64,000 nucleotides of DNA from Anaerolineales bacterium (GTDB lineage Bacteria; Chloroflexota; Anaerolineae; Anaerolineales; E44-bin32). Location of the stretch: positions 90,156 through 154,155 of the forward strand of contig DAOUDW010000034.1 of assembly GCA_034430895.1 (NCBI GenBank). The letters are read 5' to 3'. Within the stretch, counting starts at the first letter, position 1. Every line of letters begins with the position of its first letter. Below the pieces are notes generated by a model that saw nothing but the letters and a program-made list of their open reading frames with translations, was not told the DNA's origin and made no database searches. Positions 47,880-56,972 of this stretch are shown piece after piece. A program made the position numbers and the translations under genes.

Positions 47880-48926
47880 ATGACCGAATCGGAAATTAAT
47901 GAACTCTCACCTTTTGATGAATTCCTCCATGCATCCCGTGAAGAAGTGGAGCAAGTACGTAGAGAGTTGAAAGAAATCACCTTGCTTGTGGAACAGAGCC
48001 AGGGAGAGGTAGAGAAGCTCGCAAAACGAAATGCTTCGATCACTGCCCATTTGCATCAGATGCAGTCGCATTTCGATACTGTGCCCCGTGAGGATATTCA
48101 ATCTACCTATGAAGCGTTTAGCGATGCACAACAACGTCTATTCACGATGCGCGGTCAATTAGAAAAATTGCAGAGTGATGAAGCCCATTTAAAACGGTAT
48201 GGCGATCATCTGGCAAAGACTATGAATATTCTAGAAGGTGGGCCGAAGGACTCCATTGCGGGTTTAATGGATGGTGGGCCATCCACAATCCAACAAATAA
48301 TCGAGGCGCAAGAGGATGAAAGGCGGACGATTTCACGCCAATTGCATGATGGTCCGGCTCAGGCGTTATCGAACTTCATTCTCCAAACGGAAATTGCAGT
48401 ACGCCTCTTCAGCACAGATCACGAGAAAGCCAAAGAAGAGTTGAATAACTTGAAGGCAGCAGCCGGTTCCACTTTTGCAAGGATACGCGATTTTATTTTC
48501 GATTTGCGGCCGATGATGTTGGACGATCTGGGTCTGGTGCCAACGGCCAAGCGATATATTGAGGCGTTCAGCGAGAAGACGGGTGTTGAAGTCTCGACGG
48601 TTATCACCGGCACAGAGCGTCGCCTGGAACCCCATATCGAAGTGCTGACATTTCGTGCCTTGCAGACCTTACTACGCAACGTGCGGGACTATGCCCAGGC
48701 TACTCAAACCAAAGTTATGGTCGATATCGGGGAACAAGAACTGAGGGCTAGTGTTGAAGATAATGGTCGTGGGGCGGATCTCGAGTCGCTGTCGGAAGAC
48801 GAGCTGAAGAAGTATGGTTATGAAGCACTTGAGGATCGTATACATCAAGTGGGAGGCACAATTGAAATCGACAGCACGGCCGGGGAAGGTACTCGTGTAG
48901 CCTATACGATTCCTCTGGGGGCATGA
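47880..48926 (+). CDS. Soluble HisKA_3-type sensor histidine kinase (DegS-like, coiled-coil N-terminus, no TM)
   Basis: The H-box is EDERRTISRQLHDGPAQALSNF. The HATPase_c C-terminus is VEDNGRGAD...GGTIEIDSTAGEGTRV. The N-terminal ~130 aa are heptad-rich and contain no hydrophobic segment. Confidence 0.85.
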   Translation: MTESEINELSPFDEFLHASREEVEQVRRELKEITLLVEQSQGEVEKLAKRNASITAHLHQMQSHFDTVPREDIQSTYEAFSDAQQRLFTMRGQLEKLQSDEAHLKRYGDHLAKTMNILEGGPKDSIAGLMDGGPSTIQQIIEAQEDERRTISRQLHDGPAQALSNFILQTEIAVRLFSTDHEKAKEELNNLKAAAGSTFARIRDFIFDLRPMMLDDLGLVPTAKRYIEAFSEKTGVEVSTVITGTERRLEPHIEVLTFRALQTLLRNVRDYAQATQTKVMVDIGEQELRASVEDNGRGADLESLSEDELKKYGYEALEDRIHQVGGTIEIDSTAGEGTRVAYTIPLGA

Positions 48927-49161
48927 TCCAAATCCAAGCGCATTAATACAGATGAATCCTTATTGGTTCGAATCCTGTCAATGGAGTGTTCAATAGCACA
49001 ATCTGGATAAATATGACATTGTTGACGGGAGAGACTGGTCGCCTATATACAACGAAATGTGAGAGTAAATGAAGAGAATGATAACACTTACGATTCTCGA
49101 TCGAAATATACATCCCAGATATCGTTTTTATTGGTAAAGTAAGCATCGGAAAGATGTCCTA

Positions 49162-49190
49162 TTGAATCAGGGTGCTGTAGTACCTATAAT
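49162..49190 (+). promoter_or_regulatory. Strong sigma-70-type promoter for the flp pilin gene
   Basis: TTGAAT (49162-49167)-N17-TATAAT (49185-49190). The predicted transcription start is about 45 nt upstream of the flp ATG. Confidence 0.6.
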
Positions 49191-49241
49191 TATTCATACT
49201 CAATTTATTTCTTGAAACCACATGAAAAGGAGGTGAATCAG

Positions 49242-49388
49242 ATGCTGTACAGCCCGAAGGAAAAAGGTCAAGGCCTCGTCGAATATGCTTTGATTCTTGT
49301 ATTGATCGCAGTTGTAGTGATCGTTATTTTGGCGTTGCTTGGACCTGCCATTGGAAACGTGTTCAGCAATATCGTCAATAATATTTAA
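49242..49388 (+). CDS. flp: Flp/Fap-family type IVb pilin precursor (48 aa)
   Basis: Hand translation gives MLYSPKEKGQGLVEYALILVLIAVVVIVILALLGPAIGNVFSNIVNNI*. It contains the Flp motif G/xxxxEY (KEKG|QGLVEY) followed by a ~20-residue hydrophobic helix. An AAGGAGG RBS lies 8 nt upstream. At under 60 aa it is absent from the supplied ORF track. Confidence 0.9.
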   Translation: MLYSPKEKGQGLVEYALILVLIAVVVIVILALLGPAIGNVFSNIVNNI

Positions 49389-49440
49389 CAACCGTCAAAG
49401 GCGTACTATAGGGAACGTTTTGACATCGTTACCAACTGGA

Positions 49441-49466
49441 GGAGCCCTATCATCCGATAGGGCTCC
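49441..49466 (+). terminator. Strong hairpin downstream of flp (partial terminator or mRNA-stabilising 3' structure)
   Basis: A perfect 11-bp stem (ggagccctatc / gatagggctcc) has a 4-nt loop. There is no immediate T tract, although T-rich sequence follows about 35 nt later. Confidence 0.45.
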
Positions 49467-49534
49467 TAAGTGCACTGAAAGGTCTTATCTTCTTATTTTT
49501 ATTTTAGATGTAAGGTTTTTGTAATTAAGGTCAC

Positions 49535-49562
49535 TTGACTTTTAGCGCGGAATAGATAATAT
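49535..49562 (+). promoter_or_regulatory. Candidate internal promoter for cpaB-tadC
   Basis: TTGACT (49535-49540)-N16-TAATAT (49557-49562), about 48 nt upstream of the cpaB ATG. Confidence 0.35.
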
Positions 49563-49609
49563 ACGCGCACGGGAACTTTTTTTCAGTTCTCACCACGAAA
49601 GGAGGCGCT

Positions 49610-50767
49610 ATGCGTGGTGGCCGAGTCCTGATGCTGCTTGCCATAATTATTCTCTTAGTTGTGCTTGCCGCATATCTTATGCTTGGGGGAAATGAAGAAC
49701 CTGCACAACCTGAAGAAGGTGGGCCAATGCAACCAGGATTGTCTGCAGATATGGTTTTTGTTGTCGTCGCTGGGCAAGATATTTCCCGCGGTTCAATCAT
49801 TCCCGAACAAGATGGTGTCGTCGTCTCCCAGATGCCGAGAGATCTGGTTATCGAAACGATGATCAGTGGTGAAGATGAAGAAGAACTTAAAGAACGGGTT
49901 GTTGGACGTAGAGCCCGGATGGACATCGCTCGTGGCATCTTTATCACGGAAGGCATGCTTACAGAGGAAGCCGGTGATCTGCTTGGGGTTGGATCTGATG
50001 CGGCAATGGCGATCGAGCCAGGGTATACGGCGATCACCATTCCATGGACTCGTATTTCGGGTGTAGCCTATGCACTGCGAAAAGGAGATCAAGTTGATGT
50101 TCTCGTCAGTTTCCTGATTGTCAGCGTCGATGCGGATTTCCAAACCGTGCTTCCCAATGAAACGACAGCTCTCAGCGCGCTCGGTGGTACCCCACAGCTG
50201 TTTGGACCGCATGTTACCGCACCAGTTTATCCTGGAATAGAAGATCCAACGAGACGAATAGATGGCGAATACTGGCCATACGGACGTGTCGATATTGATC
50301 CGTTGTTGGATTTGCCTGTCCATGTAGTTCCGTCAGAATCGCAACGACCTCGATTGGTTTCGCAGCGCTTGATCGAGAATGCTACGGTTCTTGAAGTCGG
50401 AACTTTTCCATTGCGAGATGTCATGGGACATGATGTGGTCATTCTGGACACCCCCGAAGGCGAGGAGCCGACAACTGAGAATGTAGAGGAAAGTCTTCCG
50501 GACATCATTACACTGATTGTCACGCCACAAGACGCTTTGGCTTTGAATTGGGCGGTTAAAGCAGGAGCAGATCTCGTATTAACACTGCGATCACCGGACG
50601 ATACTACGATTACAGATACCAGTAGTATCACCCTGCAATACTTGTTGGATAATTACAACATTACTGTCCCGGCCAAGCTCCCCTTTGCTTTGACGCCCGC
50701 CATCAATCAACCGATCGTTCCATTCATCGATTATAAAGTCAATGTTGAAGAACGAGGTGGTGAATAG
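49610..50767 (+). CDS. cpaB: Flp pilus assembly protein CpaB/RcpC (SAF domain)
   Basis: 385 aa. It has an N-terminal TM anchor (VLMLLAIIILLVVLAAYL), then a SAF-like segment (VVVAGQDISRGSIIPEQ), then an RcpC-like beta-rich region. GGAGG RBS. Confidence 0.75.
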   Translation: MRGGRVLMLLAIIILLVVLAAYLMLGGNEEPAQPEEGGPMQPGLSADMVFVVVAGQDISRGSIIPEQDGVVVSQMPRDLVIETMISGEDEEELKERVVGRRARMDIARGIFITEGMLTEEAGDLLGVGSDAAMAIEPGYTAITIPWTRISGVAYALRKGDQVDVLVSFLIVSVDADFQTVLPNETTALSALGGTPQLFGPHVTAPVYPGIEDPTRRIDGEYWPYGRVDIDPLLDLPVHVVPSESQRPRLVSQRLIENATVLEVGTFPLRDVMGHDVVILDTPEGEEPTTENVEESLPDIITLIVTPQDALALNWAVKAGADLVLTLRSPDDTTITDTSSITLQYLLDNYNITVPAKLPFALTPAINQPIVPFIDYKVNVEERGGE

Positions 50768-50812
50768 GTATTTCTGCAACATCTAAGGGTTGGTTGATCA
50801 TCGGAGGATCGT

Positions 50813-52033
50813 ATGTCTGAAAACGCGGAAGGAACAATCCGCGTACTCATCGTTGATGACATTGCGGAAACACGTGAGAATATCCGAAAATTGCTGCAAT
50901 TTGAATCGGATATTAATGTCGTTGGTGCTGCAGTAAGTGGTCAGGATGCACTTGAATTAGCACGTGAAATAGATCCTGATGTTGTTGTTATGGATATCAA
51001 CATGCCTGACATGGATGGTATCACGGCAACACAGGAATTATTAAAAGACGTTCCCTATGCGCAAATAGTTATTTTATCTGTTCAAAGTGAAGCCGATTAC
51101 ATGCGTCGCGCAATGCTTGCTGGCGCGAGAGATTTCATCGCCAAGCCTCCATCTGGCGATGAGCTTATTGCAACGATTCGATCTCTTGCAGAACGAGCTC
51201 AAGAACAACGCAAATCGTTAGAGCGGCCGACTACTCAGATCCTACAGCCCATGCCAGGAATGGGGTATGCACTGCCGGAGGGGAAAATAATTGCCATATA
51301 CAGCGCAAAAGGTGGGGTGGGCTGTACAGTCTTGGCAACAAATATCGCTTTGGGTCTCCAAACTGAAGAGACTCCAACCGTCCTGGTGGACACTTCATTG
51401 CAGTTTGGGGACGCTGCTGTCTCCCTCAATTTGCAGGTTAAATTCAGTATTGCGGATATATCTCCGCGGGCCGATGAGGTAGATCCGGAACTTCTCGGGG
51501 AAATCCTTCTCCATCATGATAGCGGTTTAAATGTACTTGCAGCACCGCCGCGCCCTGAAATGGCGGATGAGGTTAACGCGGAACAGATTCGAAAAGTGTT
51601 ACAGCACCTCCGCAAGCAATTTGCTTATGTTATCGTCGACATGAGCTCCAATATGGATGATATTGCTCTTGCCGTTATGGATGCAGCTGATATCTTGGTC
51701 GTCGTTACTGTACCTGAGATTCCTTCCATTAAGGACGCTAGGCTGTTGTTTGACCTATTGACTGTTCTGGAATTTCCCAAAGAGAACGTCTTCTTTGTGC
51801 TTAATAAAATGGATCGCAAATCCGGAATAACGCCAGACGCAGTTGAGGAAAATTTAAATTACTCGGTTAACGGGGTAATCCCATTTGACGAACGAACGGT
51901 TTCGACTTCGGTTAATCGTGGTGCCCCATTAATGCTTTCGGATCGTGGTTCATCGATTGCAAGGAGTATCATCGACATCCTGGGAGCATTAAAAGAAAAG
52001 TTGCTCGAGATGGAGAAGGTTGTAGAAGAGTAA
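50813..52033 (+). CDS. cpaE: TadZ/CpaE pilus-assembly ParA/MinD-like ATPase with a canonical N-terminal receiver domain
   Basis: The receiver is RVLIVDDIAETRE, VVVMDINMPDMDG, IVILSVQSE and DFIAKPPS. The ATPase domain carries a deviant Walker A (IYSAKGGVGCTVLATN). Confidence 0.85.
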   Translation: MSENAEGTIRVLIVDDIAETRENIRKLLQFESDINVVGAAVSGQDALELAREIDPDVVVMDINMPDMDGITATQELLKDVPYAQIVILSVQSEADYMRRAMLAGARDFIAKPPSGDELIATIRSLAERAQEQRKSLERPTTQILQPMPGMGYALPEGKIIAIYSAKGGVGCTVLATNIALGLQTEETPTVLVDTSLQFGDAAVSLNLQVKFSIADISPRADEVDPELLGEILLHHDSGLNVLAAPPRPEMADEVNAEQIRKVLQHLRKQFAYVIVDMSSNMDDIALAVMDAADILVVVTVPEIPSIKDARLLFDLLTVLEFPKENVFFVLNKMDRKSGITPDAVEENLNYSVNGVIPFDERTVSTSVNRGAPLMLSDRGSSIARSIIDILGALKEKLLEMEKVVEE

Positions 52034-52091
52034 GTGTAACGTACCATGGGTTGAGTATAATGCTGAGTGTGATTTTTAGGAGAGTGATACT

Positions 52092-53498
52092 GTGTCGCTA
52101 TTAAAAAGAATTGAACAAGGACAGGCAGAGACTCCCTCTAGCGCTGCTGGTACCCCCCCCGTTGGGGGGACCGGACGCCTATCGGGGTTGAATGCTCGTC
52201 GTGTCGCACCACCACGCTCAGCACAGCGGGATACGTATTACGATCTAAAAGCGCGGGTTCAAAATAAACTTTTGGCGGAACTGGATCCATCCATGGATGT
52301 CAGCCAAACCGCAGAAGTGCGAAGAACGATCGAAGAGCTGTTTGAAAATATCTTGGCGGAAGAAAAAATCGCTCTCTCTCGGCCAGAGCGCAGACGTCTC
52401 TTTGAGCAGATTGTAGCTGAGATTCTCGGTCTCGGACCGCTTGAGCCGCTTCTCGCGGATGACACGATTACTGAAATCATGGTCAATGGCCCGAAACAAA
52501 TCTACATCGAACGGCATGGTAAACTCCATCGCGAACCGGCGTCCTTCGAAAGCGGTGACCATCTCATGCGCATCATCGACCGCATTGTGGCTCCTCTTGG
52601 TCGACGCATCGATGAATCTAGTCCCTATGTTGATGCTCGTCTTCCGGATGGTTCGCGTGTGAATGCAGTCATTCCTCCAATTTCCCTGGTTGGTCCTATA
52701 CTGACCATTCGTAAATTTTCTCGCGATCCCATTACCGTCGAACAATTGATTGATTATGGCACACTGACTCATGAATCTGTGGAATTCCTCAAAGCCTGTG
52801 TTATTTCAGCGATCAATGTTGTTATCTCTGGCGGTACTGGTTCGGGAAAAACCACGTTGTTGAACGTTCTCTCCCAGTTTATCCCCACAGACGAGCGCAT
52901 TGTCACCATCGAGAACGCGGCTGAGCTTCAATTGCGTCAGGAACATGTTGTTACGCTCGAATCGAGGCCACCCAACATCGAGGGGCGTGGTGAGGTAACT
53001 ATTCAAAACCTCGTTGTAAACAGCCTGCGTATGCGCCCGGACCGCATCATTGTAGGTGAGATCCGTGCGGAAGAATCGCTGGACATGTTGCAGGCGATGA
53101 ACACCGGCCATGAGGGCTCAATGACTACTGCACACTCCAACAGCCCGCGCGATACGCTTGCTCGTATCGAAACGATGACTTTGATGGCAGGTATGGACCT
53201 GCCCGTGCGGGCGATTCGTGAGCAGATTTCATCCGCTATGGAACTCGTCGTTCACCTGGGCCGATTACGCGATGGTACCCGAAAGGTAACCCACATTTCA
53301 GAGATTCAAGGCATGGAGGGTGATGTCATTACCATGACGGACCTCTTTGTCTATGAACAAACCGGCTTCGAAAACGGTAAGATCATTGGCAGATTGCGGC
53401 CTACTGGACTTCGTCCGAAATTTATTGATAAGATAGAGACATCCGGGATTCATCTCCCCGCCACCATTTTTGGTGTTGGTGGAAAGCGTGGGTACTAG
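52092..53498 (+). CDS. cpaF: Tad/Flp pilus secretion ATPase CpaF/TadA
   Basis: 468 aa with a GTG start after AGGAGA. Walker A is SGGTGSGKTTLLNVL. Asp/His boxes and Walker B are present (DRIIVGEIR...AMNTGHEGSMTTAHSNS). Confidence 0.92.
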   Translation: MSLLKRIEQGQAETPSSAAGTPPVGGTGRLSGLNARRVAPPRSAQRDTYYDLKARVQNKLLAELDPSMDVSQTAEVRRTIEELFENILAEEKIALSRPERRRLFEQIVAEILGLGPLEPLLADDTITEIMVNGPKQIYIERHGKLHREPASFESGDHLMRIIDRIVAPLGRRIDESSPYVDARLPDGSRVNAVIPPISLVGPILTIRKFSRDPITVEQLIDYGTLTHESVEFLKACVISAINVVISGGTGSGKTTLLNVLSQFIPTDERIVTIENAAELQLRQEHVVTLESRPPNIEGRGEVTIQNLVVNSLRMRPDRIIVGEIRAEESLDMLQAMNTGHEGSMTTAHSNSPRDTLARIETMTLMAGMDLPVRAIREQISSAMELVVHLGRLRDGTRKVTHISEIQGMEGDVITMTDLFVYEQTGFENGKIIGRLRPTGLRPKFIDKIETSGIHLPATIFGVGGKRGY

Positions 53499-53501
53499 CA
53501 T

Positions 53502-54485
53502 ATGGATTCGAATTTTCTCCTTGTAGTAGGATTGGTCCTCGGCTTACTTCTACTACTTGTCGGTATTGTCTCGTCTGTCGTCGGGCGAGGCTCTATCGTG
53601 GAAGAGCGGCTTGGCCAATATTCCGAGACGGGCCAATTAAGCTATGGGATGGAAGAGACCGCTGATCGTGAGCGTGAGAGGTCTACGCCACTCTCGGATT
53701 TCTTCAATCGTATGGGGGAGGGAACGGATCTCTTTGATGGGATCTCAAGGGACCTCGCCCGCGCAGATATCAAACTGCGGCCGGCCGAATACATCGCCGG
53801 CCGTTTCATAAGTGGTATCATTGGTGGAGCGCTTGGCTATTTCGCGACCGGTCAAAGCATTTTATTTGGCATCGTCTTATTCTTCATCGGTTTATTTATC
53901 CCTCCCTTTTACGTTGGATTTGCAAAAAAGCGGCGGTTGAAATCATTTGACAACCAGTTGTCTGATATGATCAATTTGATGGTTAATGGGTTGCGAGCTG
54001 GTTTCTCCATATTACAGGCGATGGAATCCGTAAGCCGTGAATTGCCATCTCCAATTTCAGATGAGTTCCGACGCGTCGTGCAGGAAGTGCAACTGGGTCT
54101 AAGCATTGAGGATGCACTTGATCACCTGATTCGCCGTATAAATAGTGACGATCTTGATCTGGTGATAACGGCGATCAATGTTCAACGCGAAGTCGGTGGC
54201 AATTTAGCAGAAATTCTCGATACGATCTCGCATACGATTCGCGAACGTGTGCGGATTAAAGGACAGATCGCAGCCTTAACGGCACAAGGCCGGGCGACAG
54301 GATGGGTTATCGCCGCGTTACCCTTTGCATTGACAGGGATTTTATTCGCCGTGAATCGTGAATACATTATGGTGCTATTTGAGCCCGCAACCAGAGGTTG
54401 TGGTATTCCGTTGGTCATATTGGCCTTAGTCATGGTTATCACGGGTATGATCGCCGTTCAGAAGATTGTAAGTATCGACATTTAG
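53502..54485 (+). CDS. tadB: Tad pilus platform protein TadB (T2SS F-family)
   Basis: 327 aa. It has an N-terminal TM helix, a T2SSF domain (FDNQLSDMINLMVNGLRAGFSILQAMESV...) and C-terminal TM helices. Confidence 0.85.
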   Translation: MDSNFLLVVGLVLGLLLLLVGIVSSVVGRGSIVEERLGQYSETGQLSYGMEETADRERERSTPLSDFFNRMGEGTDLFDGISRDLARADIKLRPAEYIAGRFISGIIGGALGYFATGQSILFGIVLFFIGLFIPPFYVGFAKKRRLKSFDNQLSDMINLMVNGLRAGFSILQAMESVSRELPSPISDEFRRVVQEVQLGLSIEDALDHLIRRINSDDLDLVITAINVQREVGGNLAEILDTISHTIRERVRIKGQIAALTAQGRATGWVIAALPFALTGILFAVNREYIMVLFEPATRGCGIPLVILALVMVITGMIAVQKIVSIDI

Positions 54486-54596
54486 TAATCGAAAATCACG
54501 CTGTGTATTCTTGAGGACAAATTGAAAAGCGTGATGTTGGACACTACAAGGATGCTTTTAGGATCGTGAAGGCGCGAAGTATCGAGGTGAACTGAT

Positions 54597-55538
54597 ATGG
54601 ATTCGATGCTCATTTTGATCGTTGTCGTGGTTGTTTTGATACTGGCGATCGCTCTGGTGGTCGCAGGAATCAAGGCGCCGCAGGCTGGTGATCCGATTTC
54701 AGATCGCCTGGCAGAATATTCTGCCAGCGAAATGCCCCTGTCGCTTGAAGATCTCGAATTATCCCAGGGTTTCTTTGAGCGAATAGTCCTACCGATGTTT
54801 AATAAAGTCGGTGAGATTGCCTCGCGCTTCACGCCGCAAGCAACGATCGAAAATGCACGGAACCGCATTGAGATGGCAGGCAATCCGATGCAGTTGGATC
54901 CCGCCTTCTTTCTGGTCATGCGGGTTATTGTCGGAGTCTTTTTTGGTGGCGCGATCTTTTTTGTTTTTTCGACATCCAGTGAAAATTGGCTCCAAGGCCT
55001 GGGTTTATCCGTGCTCTTTACCGTCCTTGGTTTTTACTTTCCGGATTTATGGCTGACGAGCAAGATCAAATCTCGGCAAAGGTCGGTATTTCGGGCATTA
55101 CCGGATGCCCTTGATTTACTCAACGTTTGTGTCGAAGCGGGTCTTGGTTTTGATGCCGCAATGGGGAAGGTTCATGAGAAGTGGGAGGACGATCTCGCCT
55201 TGGAGTTCGGTCGGGTGCTCCAGGAAATTCGCCTGGGCAAGCTGCGACGTGAAGCGTTGCGAGACCTGGCAGACCGTGTTGATGTGCCCGAACTGACTTC
55301 TTTCATCGCTGCCGTCATCCAATCCGAGCAGTTGGGTGTGAGCATGGCGAAAGTCCTTCGCATTCAATCGGATCAAATGCGTGTCCGCCGGCGTCAACTT
55401 GCCGAAGAGGAAGCAGGTCGTGCGCCGATCAAAATGGTGTTTCCAATTGGTTGTCTGATCTTTCCCTCAATTTTGATATTGTTGCTTGGACCCGCTGCGC
55501 TGACCATCATGACTTCAACACTGGGCGGATTATTTTAA
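54597..55538 (+). CDS. tadC: Tad pilus platform protein TadC (T2SS F-family)
   Basis: 313 aa. The T2SSF domain is LPDALDLLNVCVEAGLGFDAAMGKV...LRREALRDLADRV. GAGGTG RBS. Confidence 0.85.
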   Translation: MDSMLILIVVVVVLILAIALVVAGIKAPQAGDPISDRLAEYSASEMPLSLEDLELSQGFFERIVLPMFNKVGEIASRFTPQATIENARNRIEMAGNPMQLDPAFFLVMRVIVGVFFGGAIFFVFSTSSENWLQGLGLSVLFTVLGFYFPDLWLTSKIKSRQRSVFRALPDALDLLNVCVEAGLGFDAAMGKVHEKWEDDLALEFGRVLQEIRLGKLRREALRDLADRVDVPELTSFIAAVIQSEQLGVSMAKVLRIQSDQMRVRRRQLAEEEAGRAPIKMVFPIGCLIFPSILILLLGPAALTIMTSTLGGLF

Positions 55539-55574
55539 ACAACATACTTGAGAGACCAATCCAGAGGGGGGTAA

Positions 55575-56318
55575 TTGCCACATTTGATTCTCGGTCGGTA
55601 TCTGAATAGTCCGAAAAGTATACTTGGCGCCTGTCTTGACCTACTCTTTCCTCCTCGTTGTGTGGGATGCAATCGACCGGGGACGTTTTTATGTCAGAAT
55701 TGTATTAAAAACATTGCGAACATTTCTGGTCGGCTTTGCATTTCTTGCGGCTTGCCCCTTAAGGAAGGAAATGTGTGTCTTTCCTGCCAGTCGGAGACAT
55801 ATCCCTTTCAAATTCGATCATATGCCTGGTATCGAGAACCACTGCGTCGGGCTTTGTTGCACTTAAAATATCGACCCAATAAACGATTGTCCGATTGGTT
55901 CGCGGATCGATTGGCAGAGATCGTCGAACGGGAGTCATGGCCGCGGATGACCGTGTTATCCGTGCCTTTAAGTAAAAATAAATACCATCGAAGGGGGTAT
56001 AATCAAGTAGATTTAGTCGCTTCATCTCTGGCACGTAAGCTTGGTTTACCATTTCAGCCCAATATACTTCGTAGGATAAAAGATACACAATCTCAGGTAG
56101 GGCTTTCTCCAGAAGCTCGCAAACATAATGTGCAAGGGGCTTTTGTGGCAGAATATAGAAAGTTACAGGGAGCGTGTATTCTATTGGTTGACGATCTATT
56201 TACAACAGGTGCAACACTTTCGGCATGCACGCAAGCTTTGATGCTTGCAGACGTGGGAGAGATATTTGCCGTAACCATCGCGCGTGCGGATCATTCTGAT
56301 TTTGTATTCAGCACATAA
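55575..56318 (+). CDS. comF: ComF-family protein (ComFC-like, phosphoribosyltransferase domain)
   Basis: It has N-terminal 2x CxxC zinc-finger motifs (CVGCNR...CQNC; CISCG...CLSC). The C-terminal PRT motif is ILLVDDLFTTGATL. Confidence 0.85.
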   Translation: MPHLILGRYLNSPKSILGACLDLLFPPRCVGCNRPGTFLCQNCIKNIANISGRLCISCGLPLKEGNVCLSCQSETYPFQIRSYAWYREPLRRALLHLKYRPNKRLSDWFADRLAEIVERESWPRMTVLSVPLSKNKYHRRGYNQVDLVASSLARKLGLPFQPNILRRIKDTQSQVGLSPEARKHNVQGAFVAEYRKLQGACILLVDDLFTTGATLSACTQALMLADVGEIFAVTIARADHSDFVFST

Positions 56319-56337
56319 TTTACTCTGAGGATATTAA

Positions 56338-56907
56338 ATGACCATTAAAGTGATGATAAATGTGAAGGACATGGATCTTGGAGATCGCTTAAGGGGGTAT
56401 ATTACCAAGAAGGTTGAAAAATTGGATCGTTATCTTGACATTCTCCAAGAAGCCAAGGTGGATTTGCGGTATGTAAAATCAGCTCGTAATGCGAACGATC
56501 GGCAGGTTGTCCAACTCACAGTCCGCGGGAAAGGTGTCTTGCTGCGCGCGGAGGAACGCACCGATGACATCTTCGCGTCGGTGGATGCCGTTATGGATAA
56601 GATGTACCGACAGATCGAACGCTATAAGGGGCGCCGTTGGCGTGGTCGGGGAGACGGACGTTCAGCCTCCGATCTCGCTTTGGACCAAGCCGAGACTACG
56701 GAACCAGCATCCGATCTGGAAAATACAATTGTGCGACGTAAACGTTTCCTGCTTACACCGATGGACGAGTTGGAAGCGATTGAGCAAATGAGCCTTGTCG
56801 GTCATGAGGATTTCTTTCTATTCCTTAATGCTGAAAGTCAGACGGTGAATGTCCTTTATCGCCGTCGTGATGGAACGCTTGGTTTGATTGAACCTGAATT
56901 TGATTAG
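56338..56907 (+). CDS. hpf: Ribosome hibernation-promoting factor, long form
   Basis: 189 aa. It has an N-terminal S30AE/YfiA domain (ITKKVEKLDRYL...) and a C-terminal dimerisation domain (PMDELEAIEQMSLVGHEDFFLFLNAES..VNVLYRRRDGTLGLIEP). Confidence 0.9.
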   Translation: MTIKVMINVKDMDLGDRLRGYITKKVEKLDRYLDILQEAKVDLRYVKSARNANDRQVVQLTVRGKGVLLRAEERTDDIFASVDAVMDKMYRQIERYKGRRWRGRGDGRSASDLALDQAETTEPASDLENTIVRRKRFLLTPMDELEAIEQMSLVGHEDFFLFLNAESQTVNVLYRRRDGTLGLIEPEFD

Positions 56908-56972
56908 CCGGTCTATTTATTTTCCCTTCGGATATTAGATAACCTGCGGTATCTGCATCGGCACACAACCCA

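Noticed and set aside
48911-48986. GGTTCGAATCC (48965-48975), a perfect tRNA T-loop consensus, suggesting a tRNA or tRNA remnant (att-like site) just after the kinase gene
   Set aside because: The T stem has a mismatch (attgg/cctgt). The putative acceptor stem pairs at only 5 of 7 positions. No D arm or anticodon arm can be folded, and the 5' part overlaps the kinase stop codon. There is no integrase nearby. It is probably a chance match.
49200-49391. 63-aa minus-strand ORF from the track
   Set aside because: It lies antisense to the flp pilin gene, which has an RBS, a promoter and a diagnostic Flp motif. The minus ORF has none of these.
50813-52033. Walker A lysine replaced by Cys in TadZ/CpaE (KGGVGCT), considered as a novel inactivating change
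   Set aside because: As I recall, the TadZ/CpaE family generally has an atypical Walker A lacking the canonical P-loop Lys. This is family-typical, not a special feature of this locus.
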